A stretch of 64,000 nt of DNA, taken from positions 1 to 64,000 of the IMG/VR virus record IMGVR_UViG_3300031977_001585. One strand, 5' to 3'. The stretch is from a virus. Every line of letters begins with the position of its first letter. The first letter of the stretch is position 1. The position numbers and the translations under genes are program-made. Below the pieces are notes generated by a model. It saw only the letters and a list, made by a program, of their open reading frames with translations. It did not search any database and was not told where the DNA came from. Below are positions 39,634 to 47,816 of this stretch, piece after piece.

Positions 39634-39878
39634 TACTTCAAGTGTGTTTCAATTTCACCTAAGATTCTTGACTTACTCCAAGACTTGCGGACAACAATGC
39701 CGTTAGTCTCAGCAGTCTCGATCAACTGTGCCTTAGACAAGTTGACCAAGTCTGGTTGACTTGGGGTGGTAGGTCGACCACCACCCGTAGTCTTTTCTGG
39801 TTTGCTTGATACCGATCGGTAGATCAGACCAAACGCAACCAGACCCGCAAGAATCAGAATAATCATATTAGTATCCAT
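39633..39878 (-). CDS. Small membrane-anchored protein with HeH/Rho-N-like C-terminus
   Basis: N-terminal hydrophobic helix; LSKAQLIE.A...GI......K..IL. Confidence 0.65.
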   Translation of the reverse strand: MDTNMIILILAGLVAFGLIYRSVSSKPEKTTGGGRPTTPSQPDLVNLSKAQLIETAETNGIVVRKSWSKSRILGEIETHLK

Positions 39879-39881
39879 TGA

Positions 39882-40832
39882 TTAGTCCTCCGCAGCCATC
39901 TGAGCAAAATAGGAAAGAGTGTCGTCTTCTTCTGCGGCAACCGCAGGAGTTGGTGCCGCAGCAGGTGCGGAAACGACAGTCGGTTCATCTGCAGTTGCGA
40001 AAGGTGCCGCCTCTGCAGTCTGAGCAAGTGCTTCGTTCTTCAACGTTGCACCAGCACCAGTAGCAAGACCCAGTACAGTCTCCAGTTTTGCCTTCAGATC
40101 ATCGTAAGACTTAAACCAGTTAGGATCGTGTGCATTCGGATAATTAGGTACCACAAACTCGTTCAGATCATATAGAGAGTTGTAGATTGCTTCAAGTTGT
40201 GTCTCATCGGCACCAGCAAGAGGAGCAGTTGTCTTGAAGTCAGACTTATCGTAGTTACGGTATCCAGCAACGTTGCGGATCTTCAACTCGAAGTCTGCTC
40301 CACCCCAAAAATCAAATGGGTTGACAGGTTCTTCTCCAGGGAATTCTGGTTGCATCTGATCCATGATCTTGTCGAAGATCTTCTTGCCGAACTCATAGAT
40401 GAATACCTTGCCGTTGTTGGCAGGGTTGGCAGGATCGTTGATGACTTGAATGTTAGTGACGTAGTGCAGACGACGCTTCTGTCGACGTGCAGTCTCTTTG
40501 TCCTCTTCAATGCCAGAGTTCCACAGACGTGAGTTTAACTCACCGACTGGGTCGTTCTGACCTAGAGTTGTAAGAGATCGTTCGATATACCACTGACCAG
40601 TTGGACCCTTGAATGCGTGGTCCCAGTAACGTACCCACGGAAGATCTTGACCTTCGGTCGCAGGTAGGAAACGAATGACTGCGTAACCGTTACCCTGTTC
40701 ATCAACAGTCGGTTTCCACTTTCGGTCGTCTTGGTATTTGTTGGTGTTTGAGACCTGACCAGATGCTTCAGTTGCCGCACTGACCAGTTTAGAGATGTCC
40801 ATAGATCTGGACTTGAGATTTGCAAAAGACAT
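39882..40832 (-). CDS. gp32: Single-stranded DNA-binding protein gp32
   Basis: DDR.WKP..D..GNGYAVIRFLP, HAFKGP.G.WYIE, GKKIFDKI, NYDKS.F, acidic tail DDTLSYF..MAAED. Confidence 0.97.
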   Translation of the reverse strand: MSFANLKSRSMDISKLVSAATEASGQVSNTNKYQDDRKWKPTVDEQGNGYAVIRFLPATEGQDLPWVRYWDHAFKGPTGQWYIERSLTTLGQNDPVGELNSRLWNSGIEEDKETARRQKRRLHYVTNIQVINDPANPANNGKVFIYEFGKKIFDKIMDQMQPEFPGEEPVNPFDFWGGADFELKIRNVAGYRNYDKSDFKTTAPLAGADETQLEAIYNSLYDLNEFVVPNYPNAHDPNWFKSYDDLKAKLETVLGLATGAGATLKNEALAQTAEAAPFATADEPTVVSAPAAAPTPAVAAEEDDTLSYFAQMAAED

Positions 40833-40893
40833 AATATGTTCCTTGTATAAACTAAAATATAAACTTAAGTATGAATTACCTCTAGGGCATATG

Positions 40894-40901
40894 TATTTAT
40901 A
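40894..40901 (-). promoter_or_regulatory. T4-type late promoter
   Basis: TATAAATA upstream of gp32. Confidence 0.8.
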
Positions 40902-41133
40902 CGTCCAGAGTGTTCTGCTTCGGCAAAAAGTTTAATTGCCGTGCCTCCGATTCGAGATGCTCAACGATAGTAGGTGTTAGATACTTTTTGATATCCTCCA
41001 ACTCCAATCCGTTCTTTTCGCATAGGTGCACAATGCTGTCCATGTAGGACATCTTGTTTTGGTACACGAAGGTTTCGATCATCTGAGAGAAAGACTTTTT
41101 CGTTAGAAATTTTTCTTCTGTGTTCTCATCCAT
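40897..41133 (-). CDS. gp33: Late transcription co-activator gp33
   Basis: FS..IE..V.....YMD.I...CE.N..E.E..K.L....E.EA..LNFL. Confidence 0.9.
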   Translation of the reverse strand: MDENTEEKFLTKKSFSQMIETFVYQNKMSYMDSIVHLCEKNGLELEDIKKYLTPTIVEHLESEARQLNFLPKQNTLDV

Positions 41134-41392
41134 TGATTACCTCAATGTTGGAGACGCTATCCACACGGAAAGACCTCCAATCTTGTGAGTCAATCGAATA
41201 TGCTCGAACGACAGATCGGTTAGCAGAGTTTGCTTCCACACGTGACACCTTATCTCCGGAGAGTTCAGGCATGTATTCAGTGAGCAGAGTGCATGCCATG
41301 ATGCGTTCCTCACCGTTTACCTTTGTGAAAGTAACTTCAAGAACATTCTTGCGTAGTTGGTCTACGATTTTTTCATAATCAAAAAATGTCAT
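41126..41392 (-). CDS. WYL_2/SH3-like beta-barrel protein
   Basis: VTFTKVNGEER.M.CTL ... WRSFRVD. Confidence 0.8.
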   Translation of the reverse strand: MTFFDYEKIVDQLRKNVLEVTFTKVNGEERIMACTLLTEYMPELSGDKVSRVEANSANRSVVRAYSIDSQDWRSFRVDSVSNIEVING

Positions 41393-41403
41393 GGTAGACC
41401 CCC

Positions 41404-41712
41404 TTAGAAACGTTCGAATTCTTCGTCCTCTTCTGCGGACTCTTCTGAGTCTGCTTCTTGATGGACAAATTCAAGGAACTCTTCACTCTGGTCCAAGACA
41501 GCAATTGTGTGCTCGAATGCTTCCAGAGTACGAATAACTGCTTGTCGAGTTTCGTCATCTTCGGGTTTTTCACCGTGCTCCTTGATAAACAAATCAAGTG
41601 TATCAAGGTAGGCACAACGCATGTACTCACGGGTAATGAGTTCCACGTCGTTACGTGGGTACTGACCTAGGTCGATCAGATTTTCAGGTTGTGGGATTGC
41701 CATTAATTCCAT
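41404..41712 (-). CDS. Hypothetical acidic protein
   Basis: 102-aa ORF in operon. Confidence 0.7.
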   Translation of the reverse strand: MELMAIPQPENLIDLGQYPRNDVELITREYMRCAYLDTLDLFIKEHGEKPEDDETRQAVIRTLEAFEHTIAVLDQSEEFLEFVHQEADSEESAEEDEEFERF

Positions 41713-41924
41713 TCCTCTGAGTTTGTAGTAACTAAGTCTGAAAATTGACCTTCAATAAAACGATCAGTATCAGACCAACTAATGTTGGACTTGTAATCTT
41801 GACGATCCAAGACCTCAACTTCTTTTGCCAGTGCTTCATTAGCACGTGCGATTTTGCCACGTTTCTGAATCTTAAGGGCAGCCTTACGAATCATTGCGTA
41901 ACGTTCCTCTTTCGAGATTGCCAT
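41703..41924 (-). CDS. Hypothetical protein
   Basis: 73 aa, GAGGT SD upstream. Confidence 0.7.
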   Translation of the reverse strand: MAISKEERYAMIRKAALKIQKRGKIARANEALAKEVEVLDRQDYKSNISWSDTDRFIEGQFSDLVTTNSEEWN

Positions 41925-41925
41925 A

Positions 41926-41955
41926 ATTATACCTCACTATGTATATGCCTGTCAA
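41926..41955 (-). promoter_or_regulatory. sigma70-like promoter
   Basis: TTGACA-18-TATAAT. Confidence 0.6.
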
Positions 41956-41959
41956 GCGG

Positions 41960-42106
41960 TTAAAACCCGTTGTTTGGATATAACTTATCCTCGGGGTAAC
42001 CACGTTTCTTTACTTCTTTCTTACGATCGATGTGGGTAGATGGCCGATTGAACTTCGGAGCATTCTTTGCTACCGGATTCGATCGTCTGGTAGACTTCTT
42101 CTTCAT
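41960..42106 (-). CDS. Small basic protein (NPVAK...FNRP..H.DRKK)
   Basis: Recognisable small-protein motif; start reassigned to MKKK at 42106; overlaps the upstream ORF end. Confidence 0.6.
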   Translation of the reverse strand: MKKKSTRRSNPVAKNAPKFNRPSTHIDRKKEVKKRGYPEDKLYPNNGF

Positions 42107-42506
42107 AACGATATGCTTCTTCTTCCCAAGGTTGATCAGCATACCCGACGTTAACGTACTCGACTCCGTCGAAGATATGCTTGTAAACAATACTGTGCCT
42201 CTGGTCACACCAAGTCAAACCGATGTGGAGCAGTCGACCCGTGAGGATCTGAACTGCGTGAATCAGTTCGTGTGCGATATGCACTTTCAATTGAGTATCG
42301 TCGACATCGTTGGTTCGCAATCGGACATCGACACGATCCTCTGTACCGTCTGCCTCACCCGAAAAGATTCCGATATCATCGGCAAAGGACACCTTGATGT
42401 ATCCTCCTAAACGACCAATCCCAAGTGACTCCGCACAACGAAACACGTAGTCAGAGATCTCGAAACTGGGAGAGTCCTCGACGATGACGTTCTCTGCAAT
42501 ATTCAC
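42021..42506 (-). CDS. HEXXH zinc metallopeptidase-like protein
   Basis: IAHELIHAVQ ... QPWEEEAY. Confidence 0.8.
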   Translation of the reverse strand: MNIAENVIVEDSPSFEISDYVFRCAESLGIGRLGGYIKVSFADDIGIFSGEADGTEDRVDVRLRTNDVDDTQLKVHIAHELIHAVQILTGRLLHIGLTWCDQRHSIVYKHIFDGVEYVNVGYADQPWEEEAYRYEEEVYQTIESGSKECSEVQSAIYPHRS

Positions 42507-42733
42507 TTCGGCATTACCATCTTGTTATCACGGAACTCAACACCCTCTGGTCCGGTCAACTTACCAAGCAACCACCAATCCTCTGCCTTCATAGCAGGAA
42601 CGAACTGGTCACGGTCATCCTTGAACTTCGGACCCATCTCGTTGTAGTTGTTAAGGTACTCAACTGCTTCCATAAAAGATTCGAACTCTTGGACACAAAG
42701 ACGATTATTCAATTTTGGTTTTGCTGTAAACAT
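42503..42733 (-). CDS. Hypothetical protein
   Basis: Start MFTAK at 42733 with AGGAG SD and TAATG coupling. Confidence 0.7.
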   Translation of the reverse strand: MFTAKPKLNNRLCVQEFESFMEAVEYLNNYNEMGPKFKDDRDQFVPAMKAEDWWLLGKLTGPEGVEFRDNKMVMPK

Positions 42734-42894
42734 TACTGATCTCCTTTCATTTCGTGACGGTACTCTCTCTTCAACCACCACTTGTACATTCTAAAATATT
42801 CTGCTGAATCGTAGAGGGGACTGCGACCCGTGAACTGTGTCACTTCGTCGCAGTGCTCGTACCACTTCTGACTACACCAATGACGGAAACTCAT
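42733..42894 (-). CDS. Small aromatic-rich protein, 53 aa
   Basis: Manual translation MSFRHWCSQKWYEHCDE...YKWWLKREYRHEMKGDQ; TAATG overlaps at both ends. Confidence 0.75.
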   Translation of the reverse strand: MSFRHWCSQKWYEHCDEVTQFTGRSPLYDSAEYFRMYKWWLKREYRHEMKGDQ

Positions 42895-43442
42895 TATGCG
42901 TACCAACTACGGTAGAAGTCTTTGCCTTCTTCGGCAGGACTAGCATATCGAACGTCGTCGATGTTGATGCCACGACCAGTGATTCGTTTCTTGAACTCAG
43001 CACCGATGAACTCATCCTTGACAGGAACGACACGGTCACTCATGAAACCTTCACTACCCTCAACAGAGGCAACCGCAATCTCACGCAGAGTAACAGTCGC
43101 ACCCTTCTTGGCAACAACCTGGTAAGCATCAATGTTAGTCTGCTCCCAACCCCAAGACGCAACGTAGAGATCACCTTCCTTGACACTCTCAAGGGCAGCT
43201 GCCTTAGCAACAGCACGGGCAATCTTACGATCTTGCTTCTGAACTTCAGCACGATCAAGATCAACAAGGAACTGCTCAACGTGCTCGATCATGCGAGCAA
43301 CACTACCGTAACGGTAAGCAAACTCAGTCTTGTAACCCAGACGGGCACGTTTGCTAGGACGTTGACAAACCGCAGTGATCTTATCTTCGTCGATGTTCAA
43401 CTCAAGACCACGTGCTTCGTACTTCTCAATCAATGTTTTCAT
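42894..43442 (-). CDS. Hypothetical early protein (SWGWEQTN.D.YQV family)
   Basis: Strong SD, promoter directly upstream, highly biased codon usage. Confidence 0.8.
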   Translation of the reverse strand: MKTLIEKYEARGLELNIDEDKITAVCQRPSKRARLGYKTEFAYRYGSVARMIEHVEQFLVDLDRAEVQKQDRKIARAVAKAAALESVKEGDLYVASWGWEQTNIDAYQVVAKKGATVTLREIAVASVEGSEGFMSDRVVPVKDEFIGAEFKKRITGRGINIDDVRYASPAEEGKDFYRSWYA

Positions 43443-43471
43443 AATCAATCCTCAACTCAATTTACACAGTA

Positions 43472-43520
43472 ATTATAGCAAATCTGGAACAAATGTCAAC
43501 ACTTTTTTAAAACTTTTTTA
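43472..43520 (-). promoter_or_regulatory. sigma70-like early promoter with A-tract UP element
   Basis: TTGACA-16-TATAAT preceded by AAAAAAGTTTTAAAAAAGTG. Confidence 0.8.
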
Positions 43521-43754
43521 TGGTAATTTCTCACAATAGATCGGATCTATTTTTCGTTCAACAATCTCCATCGCACATGGGTCACTGGCAAAAACCTTCC
43601 AAGTCCCATCGTACTGACTTGCAATCGTGATCTCGAACTCCTCTCCGTAAACGTCATACGCCTCAAACTTGAACTCGTAGAAGATGTTAGGTTCTCCTAA
43701 TCGTTCTACTAACCGTTCATAAGACGCATCAATATATCCCTGTAAACAACTCAT
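43518..43754 (-). CDS. Hypothetical protein
   Basis: 78 aa, LQGYI.ASY..LV..LGEP, GAGG SD. Confidence 0.7.
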   Translation of the reverse strand: MSCLQGYIDASYERLVERLGEPNIFYEFKFEAYDVYGEEFEITIASQYDGTWKVFASDPCAMEIVERKIDPIYCEKLP

Positions 43755-43761
43755 GACAACC

Positions 43762-43935
43762 TCACTGGGGAAAGGAGAAACAGTGAACCCCGAAGGTTCC
43801 TAGTCGAGAGACTCCTGATCTCCTCAAAACTGAGGGGAGAAACAGTGAACCGTAGTTCCTATTCCGACTCCAGATGTCCCTGGGGGACAAGCAGTGGACC
43901 GAAGTCCCTAGTCGTGAGTCCAGATCTCCCCAACT
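43762..43935 (-). ncRNA. Putative structured RNA with three tandem ~50-nt units
   Basis: Three copies of AUCWGGA...UAGGRAC-UNCG-GUYCACUGYUU with covarying stems, directly downstream of an early promoter. Confidence 0.65.
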
Positions 43936-43945
43936 CACAATACAC

Positions 43946-43973
43946 ATTGTACCTGTTTTGGAAACAAAGTCAA
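43946..43973 (-). promoter_or_regulatory. sigma70-like early promoter
   Basis: TTGACT-16-TACAAT with upstream A-tracts. Confidence 0.75.
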
Positions 43974-43996
43974 CACTTTTTTGACTATTTCTTAGA

Positions 43997-44614
43997 CTAT
44001 TTTGTTATATCAAAATTACTTTTTATAGGAGCACGTTCGACTGCCTTCAACCATGCCACGGGTTCTTTGATCACTGGTCGAGTGTACTTCAGTTTATGCT
44101 TTCGGAACGATTCCTTTAGACCCTTTGCTTCCGCCTGACCTAGGAACCGTGACACCAGTTTGAGCAGTGCCCAACGGAACCGATAGTCGTGACGATTGAA
44201 TCCTGCAGCATGTGCCAGTTCATGTAGGATCACGTACTTGTTGGTTCCCGACTGACTGTCGAGTTTGATCATATTACCATAGCAGAGACCTGCCCATGAC
44301 CTCGACTTGAATTCATAGAGATTGACTTTCTTGTATGCCTTGCGAACACGTCGCATGTCCATATCGTCGTTAGCAAACTGCTCCCACAGTTTAGACTTGA
44401 GCACTCGTTTCACAAACTTCTCGCAGTCTTTGAACTCCATCCTCTCTCGCACGTGGGGAAAGTTCTGCTCGAAGTCCCACTCTGCATTGTAGGTCTTTTG
44501 ACGTTGAGAGTCACGGGTTGGTAGTCGAGACTTGCGGCGGACATAGTCGTCGTAGTCCCATGCTTGGGTCTTGGTCAGACCCGCAGAAATTGCTTTGCGA
44601 TATGCTACTGTCAT
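43997..44614 (-). CDS. HEXXH (SprT-like) metallopeptidase domain protein
   Basis: VILHELAHA...H...F. Confidence 0.75.
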   Translation of the reverse strand: MTVAYRKAISAGLTKTQAWDYDDYVRRKSRLPTRDSQRQKTYNAEWDFEQNFPHVRERMEFKDCEKFVKRVLKSKLWEQFANDDMDMRRVRKAYKKVNLYEFKSRSWAGLCYGNMIKLDSQSGTNKYVILHELAHAAGFNRHDYRFRWALLKLVSRFLGQAEAKGLKESFRKHKLKYTRPVIKEPVAWLKAVERAPIKSNFDITK

Positions 44615-44946
44615 GCCTTCTTCTTTCTCACCGTCTTCTTAACCGGAGTCTTCTTGACAACTGCCTTCTTCTTGGCAACTGCTTTCTTCTTGGTAGGTGC
44701 CTTTCTTTTGGTGGGTGCCTTCTTCTTGGGGGGTTCCCAAGTCTTTGCGAGGAACTCCTCAACGGACAACCCACACTCACGAAGTGCTTTGTGAAATCTC
44801 TTTACGTCCGACATCTCCCATGAGTTGTTAATGAACGATCCAAAGTGGTCTGCTACTTTATCACCCAACTGAATGTTTTCTTCAGTCTCTTTATCGAAGA
44901 TGTAGCGCACCTTCTTGGTGAAGTTTAACTTGACGATTTTAGACAT
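44611..44946 (-). CDS. Hypothetical protein with Lys/Ala/Pro-rich histone-H1-like tail
   Basis: PPKKKAPTKRKAPTKKKAVAKKKAVVKKTPVKKTVRKKKA; AGGAG SD. Confidence 0.75.
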   Translation of the reverse strand: MSKIVKLNFTKKVRYIFDKETEENIQLGDKVADHFGSFINNSWEMSDVKRFHKALRECGLSVEEFLAKTWEPPKKKAPTKRKAPTKKKAVAKKKAVVKKTPVKKTVRKKKA

Positions 44947-44954
44947 AGGACTCC

Positions 44955-45158
44955 TTACGCAATACCGTGAATGATACCGATTCGTTTCTGTTTATTGACG
45001 ACAACCGTCACAGTCGAACCGACAGGACGTTCGGGTTCACCTTCGTAATCAAGGTAGGTGAGTTCCTCGAACACTCGTTTACCGTACTTAGTGAACTCGA
45101 CCAAGTAGGTACGCCAGACATGTCGACGCAAGTACTTTTCAAAGTCTTTCAGGGGCAT
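44955..45158 (-). CDS. Hypothetical protein
   Basis: GAGGAG SD, TAATG coupling. Confidence 0.65.
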   Translation of the reverse strand: MPLKDFEKYLRRHVWRTYLVEFTKYGKRVFEELTYLDYEGEPERPVGSTVTVVVNKQKRIGIIHGIA

Positions 45159-45409
45159 TATGCACACTCCTCTATAATTGGTTTGGCAATCAAGTAAACA
45201 CCGACTGCACTAGGGACATCACCGAAGTAGTACTCACTGGTGAGCAGTCTCCACTTGGCAAGGTACTTGACCTCAGAATCATCTGCACTGTCGATTGGTG
45301 GGAACCAAACTGCAACCTGTTCACCACGGTCACCAATGACCTCACCAAGACGTGTTGGATGCATCGCACCCGAATTGATCTGAACTACACGACCTTTCAA
45401 ATTCTCCAT
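45158..45409 (-). CDS. Hypothetical protein
   Basis: Start MENLK after GAGGAG; promoter upstream. Confidence 0.7.
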   Translation of the reverse strand: MENLKGRVVQINSGAMHPTRLGEVIGDRGEQVAVWFPPIDSADDSEVKYLAKWRLLTSEYYFGDVPSAVGVYLIAKPIIEECA

Positions 45410-45437
45410 AACAACTCTCCTCTCATTCAATACAAAC

Positions 45438-45466
45438 ATTATCGCACATGTTTCAAAAAAAGGCAA
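45438..45466 (-). promoter_or_regulatory. sigma70-like early promoter
   Basis: TTGCCT-17-GATAAT with upstream A-tract. Confidence 0.6.
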
Positions 45467-45486
45467 GAACTATTTTTGTTAATTTG

Positions 45487-46596
45487 TCACAATCCGACAT
45501 ATTCGTGCGAGAAGCAATCCCTAGCTGCGTGTCTCAGCATGAGATCCTCACTGAATCCTCCGAACCCGATCCCCTGCTCGATTCTCTTAATGTAGTCATT
45601 GCGACCACCGATCTTGTTCTTTGATGTTGCTCTCCACTTAGGGGATGCCTCTCGATACGCACCTAACTTAGGATGGGCAACCTTACTGAAGTATCTCTTG
45701 CCCTGAGACAGAAGGATCTCACCAATCGACTCTGACAGTCTCACTCCAACACCCAAACCTTGGAAGTCTGGAAGAACCACTGTCCGGTGCTCTCTCCAAG
45801 CACGTTTGAGTGACCCACTGGGCATCGAGATTACACTAGAAAATCCGATAGGTCTGCCGTTCCAGATTGCGATCCAGCAGTGTGCACCTGAATTAATGTC
45901 TCCCGTGAGATAGTGATGTTCACGGAACATTGACCACGCCTCGACCCCGCAAGGTAAGACTTCCACCTCGATGTCAGGTCGCCGAAGTAACCTCCGATCT
46001 TCACAGGTCTTCGTATCAGTGTCGAAGATCCAATCGGGTTCCAACCATTCGATGATGTCATAGTGACACGATGCGAATACAAGGTTCTTAAGTCCTTTCC
46101 GTTTTACGTATTTGTTGATCGCAACCGAACAGGATCGAGCAACGTTACGATCGACCACTGAGGTGTACTCATCGATCACTGCACCATCACCCAACTGACG
46201 TGCGAGGTCTGCTCGAAACTTCTCACCATTGGATAGCACGTGATAGGGTTTCAACCAAGACGGAATCGAGTTGAACCCAACTGCAGAGAGACGGTCTTCT
46301 GCATCTTCTGCATCCTCGAAGTGAGAGCAGACTGCCTTGTCCGGATTCCATTCCCCTGGGGACTCAGTTCCGAACTCACTCAACAGGATAGACTTACCCG
46401 TACCCGACGGTCCTACAATAAGACCAATGCCCCACTCATCTCCGATCGTTGATACACGATCTATGGTGGGGATCTCGATGGGTTCGAAGGTAGACACCCC
46501 CGTGAACTCGTAATCGAATGCTCGACTGATTTCGTCGGTGATGCTGTCTGTCTGTACTTGAGATGTTTTCATAATAAAAATAGGGGAGCAGTCCAC
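45487..46596 (-). CDS. ABC-type ATPase fused to GNAT (Mom-like) acetyltransferase
   Basis: Walker A GPSGTGKS, signature LSNGE, Walker B VIDEY, H-loop SCH; then F..HHYL and R.VVLPDFQGLGVG acetyl-CoA motif. Confidence 0.88.
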   Translation of the reverse strand: MDCSPIFIMKTSQVQTDSITDEISRAFDYEFTGVSTFEPIEIPTIDRVSTIGDEWGIGLIVGPSGTGKSILLSEFGTESPGEWNPDKAVCSHFEDAEDAEDRLSAVGFNSIPSWLKPYHVLSNGEKFRADLARQLGDGAVIDEYTSVVDRNVARSCSVAINKYVKRKGLKNLVFASCHYDIIEWLEPDWIFDTDTKTCEDRRLLRRPDIEVEVLPCGVEAWSMFREHHYLTGDINSGAHCWIAIWNGRPIGFSSVISMPSGSLKRAWREHRTVVLPDFQGLGVGVRLSESIGEILLSQGKRYFSKVAHPKLGAYREASPKWRATSKNKIGGRNDYIKRIEQGIGFGGFSEDLMLRHAARDCFSHEYVGL

Positions 46597-46641
46597 ATAC
46601 CTGTCAGTCGGAATCTTCGCAAGACCGACTCCCCTCTTAAC

Positions 46642-47103
46642 CTATCGTTGCTCTACAAGACCAATGCCGTCACAAAAGTAACAGTCTTCTTCATCGACAT
46701 AACCGTAACCTGAACACTCTGGGCACGTCTCATCGAGATCCTCATCTGAGTAGTCGAGCATGTCTTCGGTGTTCTCCATCGTCATCAACTGGGGATTGAA
46801 GGTGACCATCTTGGTGGTCATCTCGACGATGCGATCGATCGAGTAGTGAAACAGATCGTTCTCGTACTTACCCTGATAAAGTCGACCAGTAGTGAAGGGT
46901 AGGACGTACTCGAACAGCTGTGCGTCGATGGCACCTTTGTCACGTAGGAACTTCAGGGCACCGGATGTGTTGTTGCCCATCCCGTTATTGTAGAAGTCAT
47001 ACCGCAGTCGACCTGCAGCACGGATCATTTCACCTGCAACTGTATCGCACTTACCTTCTCTAGGAACTAACTCTTCCCAGATTCTTTCAAACGTAGCACT
47101 CAT
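46642..47103 (-). CDS. Hypothetical protein with C-terminal zinc finger
   Basis: LVP..G...TV.GE..RA..RL.YDFYNNG; CPECSG.G...C.FCDG.G. Confidence 0.75.
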   Translation of the reverse strand: MSATFERIWEELVPREGKCDTVAGEMIRAAGRLRYDFYNNGMGNNTSGALKFLRDKGAIDAQLFEYVLPFTTGRLYQGKYENDLFHYSIDRIVEMTTKMVTFNPQLMTMENTEDMLDYSDEDLDETCPECSGYGYVDEEDCYFCDGIGLVEQR

Positions 47104-47207
47104 CGGGTTCTCCCTTTCAGTAGAGCATGAATTGCTTTTGCTTCCTTGCCTTTGATCCGACGATCCTTGTCGATCTGTTTCTGAACTGCTTGCTTGTTAT
47201 ACTTCAT
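47100..47207 (-). CDS. Small basic protein, 35 aa
   Basis: MKYNKQAVQKQIDKDRRIKGKEAKAIHALLKGRTR; ATGA overlaps at both ends. Confidence 0.65.
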   Translation of the reverse strand: MKYNKQAVQKQIDKDRRIKGKEAKAIHALLKGRTR

Positions 47208-47512
47208 TCTACCACAACCTCCACACGGTTGTCAAATTCACCAGCACCAGCAACCTCGAAGGGGACGTACATGATTCGACCCACACGTTGGATGTCGTGA
47301 TCGATAGAACCAGTCACAGAGTCCTTGACGAAGACGGTGTACCCGTTACACATGTAGACCTTGCGAGGGGCAGTGTAGTGGGGTTTTGCGTAGATCTCAC
47401 CCTTCTCAAGAACCTCACCAACCAAGTAAGAATCGGGACGATCGGGCATCGGTTCGAAGTCGTATGCACGGATGATGTCTCCGACGTTAGCAGTGTTTTC
47501 AAATTTCAACAT
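47204..47512 (-). CDS. Hypothetical protein
   Basis: 102 aa, VGD.IRAYDF.PM. Confidence 0.75.
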   Translation of the reverse strand: MLKFENTANVGDIIRAYDFEPMPDRPDSYLVGEVLEKGEIYAKPHYTAPRKVYMCNGYTVFVKDSVTGSIDHDIQRVGRIMYVPFEVAGAGEFDNRVEVVVE

Positions 47513-47521
47513 AATAAATCC

Positions 47522-47653
47522 TTAGTAGACGTAGGGTTCGACGGGGTGACCAGCTGCAAGATTCATTGCGGCATAGACAAACATCCAGAGAATTGCTTGA
47601 CCGAAGATCACTTCGGCAATTCGTTGGGGGGTTGCGGGTTTCAGTTTAATCAT
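47522..47653 (-). CDS. Small membrane protein, 43 aa
   Basis: Manual translation MIKLKPATPQRIAEVIFGQAILWMFVYAAMNLAAG... Confidence 0.55.
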   Translation of the reverse strand: MIKLKPATPQRIAEVIFGQAILWMFVYAAMNLAAGHPVEPYVY

Positions 47654-47816
47654 TGAGAGCAATCTCCATCCTGGGACCAACAAACTCGTTCAGTCGACGT
47701 TCAACCTCTTGAAACATCAAAGTGTACTTGCGTCCTTCAAGTTGACGGATGCGCATCGGGCACACTTCGTACTTGAGTTTCTCATCGTACATCGCAATCT
47801 TTTCTTCGTAAGTCAT
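47646..47816 (-). CDS. Small hypothetical protein, 56 aa
   Basis: MTYEEKIAMYDEKL...; GAGGAG SD, promoter upstream. Confidence 0.65.
   Translation of the reverse strand: MTYEEKIAMYDEKLKYEVCPMRIRQLEGRKYTLMFQEVERRLNEFVGPRMEIALND

Noticed and set aside
42820-42855. Hairpin ACTGCGAC...GTCGCAGT as a possible ncRNA
   Set aside because: Lies within a coupled 53-aa CDS (42733-42894); no independent support.
43774-43930. Hammerhead or other known self-cleaving ribozyme
   Set aside because: No CUGANGA/GAAA core or other consensus I can recognise on either strand.
43762-43947. 61-aa minus-strand ORF over the triple repeat
   Set aside because: Starts inside the -10 box, has no SD, and the repeat units are read in different frames while base-pairing is preserved.
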